NCBI RefSeq assembly: GCF_000150275.1
Contig: NW_002060946.1
Coordinates: forward strand, 6,540,936 to 6,604,935
From: Trichoplax adhaerens
Taxonomy: Eukaryota > Animalia > Placozoa
Direction of reading: 5' to 3'
DNA: 64,000 bases
Shown piece after piece: positions 53,949 to 64,000 of this stretch. The translations under genes and the position numbers were made by a program. The notes beneath the pieces were generated by a model. The model saw nothing but the letters and a program-made list of their open reading frames with translations. It was not told the DNA's origin and ran no database searches. Each line of letters opens with the position of its first letter. The first letter of the stretch is position 1.

Positions 53949-56900
53949 ATAACTTCTTGAAATAAGAGGATATGACTACATGTAGACTCAATGGCTTAAA
54001 ATAGTTACGTTAACGTTTAGTAGATGTTAGCAATATCAGATACGTAATGACAACGAAAATTTTAATTTATCAACAAAAACTTGTCATTATCCTCGAACAT
54101 CAATAACTTTTATAATAATAAAACTGCAATTTGAAAAAACTCTTCGGTGATGATTTTGTTCTATTTCAAATTTTGCACACTTAATCAACCAAAATTGCTT
54201 ATCATCAGAAAAACTTCGTACCTTAGCTAATTTTACTGATCAAAGACAAATAGTTTGCACGTAAATCAGTTCGACATGCAGTACTCCTTTCTATCAATAT
54301 TATTTCTAAGGCATTTAGTTTTCTTTCCTCACAAAAAACTACACGATTAAACGTTTATCTGCCTTATAAAAATTTAGTAATACTAGAATGGTGCGAATTA
54401 TGAAGTAGAATAGCACATTATACTATAGATGCTCAATACTAGGTGCTACTAAAGATAACTCTTTTCTGTAGCATTTTCAGATTAAGTTGTATACTTAGTT
54501 ATGCGCCCTTTATCATCAATACCTTGGATATTCATAGTGTAAGCAAGTAACATGGAGGTGATATTCCTACATTTGATCAAATAAGCTGTAGACAGTTTTA
54601 TCTGGTAACAGAACTAAACTTTAGATTCTAATATTTAGATCTGGACTAAAATATAGACTAAAAGATATGCAGTAAACTTGTCGCGACAGTGATATGGTAG
54701 CTCGATTGCAATTGTCTAGATCAGCATGACTTATCTATCGTAACATGTTATGGCAATGATTTCTTAGTAATGTAAGAGCATAATCTACATAAATGAAATG
54801 CTTTAGCCATACGACCCTGAAACTTAGATAAGGTATTGTACGTTGTGTAATACAGTGAGTATATAAAGGAATATTAAATTGCACGCGAGGGCTTTTTGGA
54901 TTTAGAGAGGTAGAAATTTGGAGATTATAGGTGTAGATTTGGAAATTAGGTTTAGAGCTGAGACTGAACATAGATGAGAGTAATAAAATTCCTGTTGTTG
55001 TACATTTAGGTAAAAATTTCGTGCACGATTCCGCAAAGTAGATCCACTTCATAACAAAGTGATTCTAATCCAATTTCCCGTAAACGATATCACTGCAATT
55101 CTAAATGACTATAACTTCGATTAGTCTTTCGTCTAAGCGAGCAATAGTTCATATAATAACATAAGATACTTTTTTATTCAAGTAAAACCGATTTCTAAAT
55201 AATCAGTGTATGATAGCAGCAATCACCTTTCCGATCCTGTGAGACAAACATAAATTATTTACATTCGCATAATTTCAGAAATGTAATATATTCCTCACTA
55301 TAACAATTGTACAAAAATACTATTTTACAATTATGATTTGCAATATGAACGCTATGTAAAAATAGGATTGCAATGTTAGGAATGTAATATTGTCTAACTA
55401 AATTAACTTATCAAGTTGTCAGATTATATAATTATCAATCATTTTATAATTTAGCATATATCACTTTGTAATACCACTTCCAATAAATGTATATATATAC
55501 AGAAAAAATGAACTTAACGCATTCCAATGTCTGCAGAGCATAAAGCTTCATAGTAGACCTATAATTTACCATTTGATCTTACTGTAATTTAGCATTAGAA
55601 TTCTAAGATATTTTTTACACTTTATGACACAGGGAACAAACTAAAGTACTATCTCTTAGCTATCTTACACCTGAAGTGGCTGCACGTAGTTCTAAGACCG
55701 TAAACGAGCTAACGCAAAATGAGTAGAATAGTTCTAAGTGAACTTTTATTTAATAGCGTGCCTTACTGACAGATCAAATACAGCAACTTACTTTTATTAA
55801 TAAATGACGGAACTTAAATGCTTTCTTAAGCCAATAGGTACAATCTTCAATTAATCAACTAACAAAATTAATAGCTTACTATACACCGATTTGTACATGG
55901 TTATTATAATACATTAATTGTTAAGTTAAGCGCCTATAAACCAATTATTACCTACAAGGTTACACTATTCGTACAACATTCGCCATCACAATTATAACAC
56001 TTAAATTCCTATATTAAATAGCTTAAATACAGTCATTAATGGAAATCCATTAACAACCCAATTTAGCACTGTTGTAATACACGATTTGCAACAAATCTTT
56101 TTCAAGTATCATAAGTAATTATTTACGACAAAACTAGGTCGTAACAAATATATAATTATTCTGATCCCTCATATCACTATCCATATCTTCATAGCATGGG
56201 ATTGTTAATCCTATAAATCCTCGAAAAAACGATATATAGTAAATACTGATCTTTAGCAAGAAAAGGTAGATTTCCTAATCATAAATGAAACGACTTGTAT
56301 TTCCTCGTCGACTTTATTTATTCTAAATATCCCATAACGACAATAAAATACTGCAGATTAGCACTATAAGAACTAGCCATAAGATTCTACAGTCTACTCA
56401 ACACAATTACCCTAATAAGAAATAAAATGATTCTTTTTGAGGCCTTCATTGAGCTATCATCAACTAAGAGTACTATATCTGCATAAGCTATAATATTTTG
56501 GATAACTTAATTTAATTCTAAAATTTGAAATATTACTAGCAATATTAATTAATCTAAATATCCACAACAACCTCATCTATCCAATCTGAGCTTAACATAG
56601 CGATAATCTACTATAGAATCTAGAAAGCCATATTTTCCATTAATTAAGCTCATGGAATACCCTTATATCGAAAAATTATAACGTTATTGTCGTTTCAGTG
56701 AATGCAGTCACGCAAAGTCGCATTAGGTACTGATTATTGAAGGAATATTTATGAAAACCTATAATCGATTCGAAATTAACTAGTTCAGCTAACAGCAGTA
56801 ATGATCTAGCGCGCTGCAAGATTTCACGATCACTGAAGAATTTTATCTTATATGTTGCTACACTTGATAAATACGACGACGTACGACGTGCATATTTAGA

Positions 56901-58266
56901 TTGTGCCTATCTAACTTCATTCTAATAGCTACAGCAATGCCTGAAATTAGTGCGATATCGCAATTACTTTACTTAATACTATTTCATACTAACAATTCGT
57001 TTTCTTTACAAAAACAGCTATGACACCAAAAGGTTCTTCGATATCAGATTAACAAAAGCTAAAAAGTAGTTATACAGTAAGCGTACAAAAATTATCTATT
57101 TCACAGGTATTTATGATTAGAAACCGTTAGATATGGTTGCCAAAACTAGACCAATTATAATTATCATTAATCATCTAGTAAGTTTAAGGTCAAGTACATC
57201 ATTTACCTGATTCTTAGTTTCACATGTGTAATAACTTAAGCTGCCTTCTACCACTACAAAGTAAGTCAAATTTTAGGAAATAAATATAATTTTGACCGAT
57301 TGTGTTCAATGTACAATTCTCTAAACTGTATAAGTGCGCTGTTTCATCGTATCGGCTACGATCCATAAACACCTTATTCTACAATGTATAATCCCAATAC
57401 TATATAGTATGAGTGCGATAGCTAGTTTCAGTTAATCAATTTATATTATTCTCAGATTATTATAAGAGTAGTAAACCATTAATGCCTTCACACTATTAAG
57501 GTCTATATATAAATTTACGTGCTAAACATCCGTTCATTATCAGTATCAATCATAAGCAATTCCGAAAGCAAAAATTTGATAGGAATTGAAATACAATATA
57601 AATCAATACCAAATTAAACAACAAACAGTTTTTTATACTACTTCTAATATATGCAGTTGCAGGGGCACATTTAGAACCATTCGCTAATTGATTATCACAA
57701 AAGACTCCCATTAGAGAACTGTTGTGATTATTAGATTGTCGCAAAAAACTTTATATTTTGATTTTATATATAGATCTTTTAGCTGGCTTGCATATATTTC
57801 TGAAAATACGAGTGCGGGACTATGTAGTGATGCTAATAAACAGCAATCGTTGCCGTAAAGCTAACATCATTGGAACATAATTCCACTTACGAGCTATTTA
57901 TTTATAATTAAGATGGTACAACTTGTTTCAATCTAACGAATAAAACTAATAAAATACCGCGTAAGTATAAATTTACTGCAGGAAAAATAATTCTCATTAT
58001 AATGTGGCATGATAACAACATGTAAGAAGCTAGAACGTAAAGTATGTGCATCCAAAAGATAAGTCCTTGAGACAGGATTAGATAGGGGTTTGTTTAACAG
58101 TTTATATACCTATACTTGATAAACGAAATCTTAACTATTGTCCTGTTATCAATTTTATAGAAAAATGGGGCCTATTCAAAGTAGACAACATGATAAATAA
58201 CACGCAGATAATACGCAAGCCAGTAGCACAGTATGAAGCTTATTATGTACTCGTATTACGTGTACG

Positions 58267-58458
58267 TGATACGTGTACGATTCTCATTAGGCTTTTAATC
58301 ATTTCTAACATCTAAATTTCCGTAGCTTTAGGATGTAGTCTTACGGATAGTGAACTACAACTACAAATGCTATATTCATATTCACACCTAAGAGATAGAC
58401 TTCGCAATGATTGCCACGGTATGTGCTTACTATACACTTCATCTTATCGCACCTTAAA
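58267..58458 (+). repeat. ~190-bp dispersed repeat, copy 1 (copy 2 at 63595-63784)
   Basis: Near-identical ...GGCTTTTAATCATTTC(T/G)AACATCTAAATTTCCGTAGCTTTAGGATGTAGTCTTACGGATAGTGAAC...CACACCTAAGAGATAGACTTCGCAATGATT...CACCTTAAA. Confidence 0.9.
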
Positions 58459-61325
58459 TCTAATGGCTAATTGCAAGTTAACAAGTATCAATTAATAAAC
58501 AAGACGACTATAGAGAGATTTCAAACCTCATTACAAGATCAATCTCTCTTGTAATAAGATCCAATACTGTATGCAGAATAAAGTATCGTTACCGTAAGGT
58601 TATTACTGCTGCATAGGATATAATTACCTAAGTACTGCTATAATCATCAATTATTTATTATAAAGGCATGTCACCAAACACTTTAATGCATACTTAAGTG
58701 TTGATAACGTTGTATTTTCTTAACAAGAGTACCTTATGCATTTGAGCTATGCGCACATTTATTATGATCTACTGTATTGCCTCTATTACTTCAATGTAAG
58801 TAGGTATCATAATAAAAGTGCAACCATATTTGATTCAGTATTTTATTTTAATTGCTAATAATTAAAGGTATTGGAAGATGTAGGTGTAAGCTATTTCGAT
58901 TACGATTCAGTTTTAATTAGATTTATCCTAATGTACTGTACAACAATATTTAGCATATAGGCCTAACTAACAGTGTTGAAAGCTGTAACTTACGTCAGAT
59001 AGACTTCAGTTAGTCTAACTCTTTGAATCTTTAATGAGCTAATAATCACAATATCATTTCCATTCCATCAAATATACTGATGCTGGACGATAATGACACT
59101 TGAATTTGGTGTCGTAAGAAATTAAGCATTGGTAACTTATAAAACCGTCTACTTGTAGCCAGTAGAGTTATATTCGCGAATGACATTCCGTATTTATTCA
59201 TAAGCACTTCAGATATATAATATTTGATTCAAATTTACATTTAATCATTTCATTTATGCTATACCTAAATATCTATGATCAGGTGTTTGCTTTTTTGGTT
59301 AAAGCAAAGATTATATTAATGTAATAGCTTAAAATATCATATGACTGTCCATATAAGATTTCAAAACTTAAGTAAGTCATCTTACAAACTTGTATTATAC
59401 CGTAGCTTATCATTTAGAGAGAACAACATTGTCCTTGTCCTTTTATCGTGCTTTCCTTCGCAAATGCGAGAATCAAAATAGAGACCAGTTTACTAACAGC
59501 ATCGTATCAACCATACAGTACTATACAACCTTCACAGTTACTTGGCTAATGAAGATTTGAAATATTTCTCTCACTACTACTTCCTTCCCGTCATTTTACA
59601 TTGTAATAATCGAACTTAGAACTCCTGGTGTTATGGGGAATAAAGTTGGTTACTATTGCCAGATTTAAATAATAGTTATTAAATAATATCAGAATCAGCC
59701 ATCACATTACTTTGTTGCCAAGGTACCAATTATGATAGCCAGTAAATTTTCCGTTTAAATGAACCGGTACATATATCTACACAAAGCAATACATTAAAAT
59801 AAATTTACAACTAGATTATTTCTTACTACTGTATATATATGCAATAAAGTCTTCCGTTAAGGTCTCCATACTGTAATTATTCATTCTCTGATTCTATAAC
59901 AATCCTCTGCACTGTCGGATACTTACAATTCTTGAGATACATAATATGCTATGCATTTAACAATATAGCCCGTAAAATAACTAATTCCCTAGCGAATTTG
60001 ACTATTGCATCCCGCCATCCTTGATGATAACAACTAATGTTTAACATTAACAATAGTAATGTCCCTATTTCATTTCTGCCACGTCTACAAAATATTCTGT
60101 GAAGTAGAAATCATGATTCTCTAAAGATTAATCTTGCAAATAAGATAATCTGATAGCAATATACAGGCAATTGACTACGTAAATATCTATAGATATATCT
60201 GCATGTAAATGTGAAGAATTCTCTAAATGAAACGATTCTTGGACTTGAATTTAACCTTTAAAAATAAATAAATGAACGACATGTATATTTACTCGCTAAA
60301 TTCGATTAATACCAACAACTACTCTTCATAGCGTAGCGACCTTGATTTCTTTCTGTTCCTTCATAAATTACAATTATACAGACATTCTTGACTTTTATGA
60401 ATTTAGATCATTTATTCACAGTCAGTAAAATTCCAGCCACATCCCATCTGATTATCTCCTATTGTGAAAACCTTGATAACAAAAATCTACAAAAAAATTG
60501 ATTAATTAGGAGAGCATGCTAGTCTGGGACAATTATTGTAGATATTAATCAAATTAATCAGACAAGTAGAACTTTGCAAGGAATGATGTCTGAAATAATC
60601 AATCTTTATTTTTTATTCAGCTTGTTAATAGCTAACATAACTTTATCTACTCATATCTTATTATTTAGCGCCACTATTAATAATGCTAATGTAGCATGTT
60701 CATTAGCATCCATAGTTATTAGAAGAACAATTCACGTACAGTACGGTAGCATTACAAACACACTTATTATATCTCTACTAATTAACAGCCTCTAAGCGAA
60801 CATAGCAACAAGTTATTTATTCCTCTAGTCCAAATGGTTCAGATGTTAGAAACACAACATTGTCGATGAAAAACTGTACAATCATCGGACAAATAAAAGA
60901 AAACCATCTCTATTGTGTCTTTTCACGCACGAATACTATTACACTGCATACGATTACGTATCGAAAATAACCTACTTCTATGTAATTTTACTATTTCTGT
61001 ACCTATATGAATAAAATAGATTAAATACAAGTTACAGTGTTGAAAATGGTATATTAACTGTATAGAATATAACAAGATTTTAAACTGACCATTTCAAATC
61101 GCTATACGGGAATATTACTTTCCAAAATTTGTTAGCATCTTCTACAGATAATTTTATATACTACTGTAGATGTTGAAGTCATGGTTAGCCAGTAAGTAAT
61201 AATTAAATAATGTAAATTCAAATTCTTTGTCGCCTCTATTATCCCAAAATAACAAAAGACATCAAGCTCTTGCTGCACAACTACTGGAAATTAATTCGAG
61301 TTTCCCATTTTGCGTATTCAATTTA

Positions 61326-61442
61326 AGATCCTCCTTCTTCAGTATTTATTATCTGCACGAGTGTATATAAAGGTCTAACATTCTCACATTTCCTTAGAAC
61401 TCATTGCACACGCAAGGTGTATAGAGAAACTGTCTTGATACG
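61326..61442 (+). promoter_or_regulatory. Core promoter and non-coding exon 1 of Arg-rich precursor B
   Basis: AGATCCTCCTTCTTCAG (61326), TATATAAA (61364), GATACG|GTAAG (61442). Confidence 0.75.
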
Positions 61443-61547
61443 GTAAGGAAATTATTTCAGTTTTATATCGAATTCTTATTTTCATAGCTCAATCTGCCAG
61501 CATAGAAGAAATTACAACAATTCTAACAAATTAAACTGTTTTCATTC

Positions 61548-61548
<1 letters not shown>

Positions 61549-61574
<26 letters not shown>
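61549..61574. repeat. (AT)13 microsatellite at the 3' end of the 5'UTR intron of precursor B
   Basis: atatat... immediately before GTAG|AAACTGACAACATG. Confidence 0.95.
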
Positions 61575-61578
<4 letters not shown>

Positions 61579-61589
61579 AAACTGACAAC

Positions 61590-62133
61590 ATGAAGTTCAC
61601 GTTGGTCTTACTTGCCTCACTTCTCTTCTTGGCCGTCGCTGTACGTGCCGAGGAAGAACAACCTACAACTATTGAAGAAGTTAAAGATCAAGCCCCAGCA
61701 GAAAATGAAGAGGGCGAGGTAGCTGAAAAAGAAGAAGACGAGATCGAATCTCCTGAGAATGAATTACAAGATAGAGAAGCAGATGAAGAAGAAGAAGAAG
61801 TACCTGAAGAAGCTAAAGCAGCCTTCGTAAGTTATTGATAAACTCTTCATTTTGTCTTCAATGTTGTACCTTATGAAGACTATTCTGTCAATGACTACTA
61901 GATGATAAATAATGTCAATAGTATACTCCAGTAAACTTCAAATAAGGTGCTTCTTAAATTTCTCACTTCGAAATATCATCATTTTAACAGTGGAGACGCG
62001 CCGTCGTCGTCGTCGCTTCTACTACCGTCGTCGCTTCTTCTACCGTCGCCGCTACTGGTACCGCCGTCGCTTCTACTACCGCCGTCGCTTCTTCTACCGC
62101 CGCCGCCGATTCGGAAAGAGTGCCGAAAACTAA
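61590..62133 (+). CDS. Secreted prepropeptide B, paralog of A; exon 61590-61826 plus exon from 61991/61996 to 62133; predicted mature (T)RRRRRRFYYRRRFFYRRRYWYRRRFYYRRRFFYRRRRF-amide; frame problem at the acceptor
   Basis: Identical 20-aa signal peptide, acidic propiece, and RRR+aromatic triplet repeat ending FGK. The homologous acceptor (61990) is out of frame by 1 nt with the Arg frame. Confidence 0.8.
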
Positions 62134-63594
62134 GCAACTTCTTCAATAGAAAGGATAAGACAACTTGTAGACTTTAGTGGCTGAAGATAGACACAATAGT
62201 GATTCGTAGAAATTACAATATAAAATGTAGCAGAACAGAGAATAGCATTATTTTTAAACTTGATGTAAATTGTCATTATCCTTGATTGGCAACTATTTTT
62301 ACAACAGTAATAAAACTCTAATTGAAAACATCTATTTGGTATAAATTACCATTGCAATCTATTGTTGATGTAAGTAACAGGCCAAAATACCAATCACCAG
62401 ACGATAGTACACTGTAGAATGTTTCATCAAATCATTCTAAATAGACTGCATGTAGATCGGCTAAATACGCTTATTTTCCCTTTTCAATCATAATCTATCG
62501 AAATATAAACGCAATCAGTTTACTTTACAAATAAAAATATATAAGATAGCTAGTTCCCTTAGCTACAATCTCATTTCGAGATTTCCAGTGATGCATAACC
62601 AAAAATCGTATACTGTTACTACAAGTACACAATCGAGTAACCTAAGATTTGATTCAATACAAGTAGACCAGTTCCCTTATGTTGAGACGATAGTAATGAT
62701 ATCGGAAGTAACTTTAAAATTTGATTCAATGCAAATAAAGTAGTTTCTGTATGTGATGCTGCAATATTAAAATCGAAAGTAACTTTAATGCAGGCCAGTT
62801 TATTTATACGTCCGCCAAAGAAAAGAAAAACTGTCCAAACAACTTAGAGAAATAGGATAATGGCGCTTAGTCTTGTAATTTTGGGAAAATCGATTCATGT
62901 TCTTGTATTAGCCTACTATATTCCTATACTTTAGGGCAAATACATTACTTTAACACCTCAAAGGCTTGATTTTCCATCTATCAGGGTAAAACACACATTA
63001 CGTTCTATCTCATACCTTTTAAATCCACTTTTGTAAATATCAATACCTTCACCTTAACCCTTAACTCTTAGCTAAGGCTTATGCAACACAGAGTACCATA
63101 TACATATAAACTGTAAACGATTTGAATTACGTACTAGTCTTTCTTTTAAATGCGATTTAGCTGCGTAGATACACACTTAAACTACACATCAGATGTGTAA
63201 AAGAATATTCTGGGTCATATAGTGTTACACTAGGTATTATCAATATACTACTAAAGCACATAACTACTAACAACTTGGTAAAATTATTACATTTCCAGAA
63301 CAGCAAAGATAATAGAAGAGTTCAGTAGAGCTTAAGTACGATGTTCAAATTTATTAATGATATATTACTATCTTTCGAAGAGGAAAATGATGACAGTAAA
63401 GTTGTAAATTCGTATACCATAATTATTATCGCGCTGTGCATCATCCATGTAATATTATTACAGAGTCAACGGTGACAAGATATGGTAAAAGCTGTTGTAA
63501 TTCTTTTACAATCTATACTATATTATCGATATTAGTGGACTTAAACTAAAGCAGGCGATCTCAAATTGAATACTAAGTAATCGTATAAATGATA

Positions 63595-63784
63595 TGATAC
63601 GTGCACGATTCTCATAGGCTTTTAATCATTTCGAACATCTAAATTTCCGTAGCTTTAGGATGTAGTCTTACGGATAGTGAACAATAACTACAAATACTGT
63701 ACTATATTCACACCTAAGAGATAGACTTCGCAATGATTATCACAGTATGTGCTTACTATATACTTCATCTTATCTCACCTTAAA
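63595..63784 (+). repeat. ~190-bp dispersed repeat, copy 2
   Basis: Direct repeat of 58267-58458. Confidence 0.9.
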
Positions 63785-64000
63785 GTCGCGGTATGTTATG
63801 CTACTAATTATAATCTTAACTCCTATATTGACCCGTATAGGTTAAATCTGACTTGATTAAAAATTAGCAATGATTTGGTGACTTTATAAAGTAGTTCATT
63901 ACAGTACTTTGTAAAGTTACTAGCTCAGTAAACTTGACCTGGCATACACACGTATTTTCAAGACAAAGAGTCTGATGCTGCTATTATTATTATTGTCGTG

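Noticed and set aside
53808-62133. Protamine interpretation of the Arg-rich exons
   Set aside because: They are spliced behind a signal peptide and end in amidation signals, so they are secretory rather than nuclear.

Overview
AT-rich eukaryotic (animal) genomic DNA with short GT-AG introns. The gene style and the arminin/trichoplaxin-type precursors suggest a placozoan such as Trichoplax; this is inference and was not verified. Contents in order: the 3' part of a PIH1-domain gene; an intronless UMP-CMP kinase; a decayed and an intact sigma-class GST, each with ARE/MARE-like sites upstream; two (ACAGT/ACTGT)n-invaded promoter blocks; an ISG20L2/AEN-like DEDDh exonuclease; a two-exon insulin-like peptide; two tandem CUB-Ig-Ig-HRM-GAIN-7TM adhesion GPCRs; a 50-N gap; and two paralogous secreted precursors (signal peptide, acidic propiece, periodic Arg/aromatic amidated peptide). 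The two most striking observations are (1) the second adhesion GPCR splices in frame into a last exon encoding an RRM-like domain, giving a receptor with a cytoplasmic RNA-recognition-motif fold, and (2) the RRR/aromatic peptides are closely charge-matched to their propieces.
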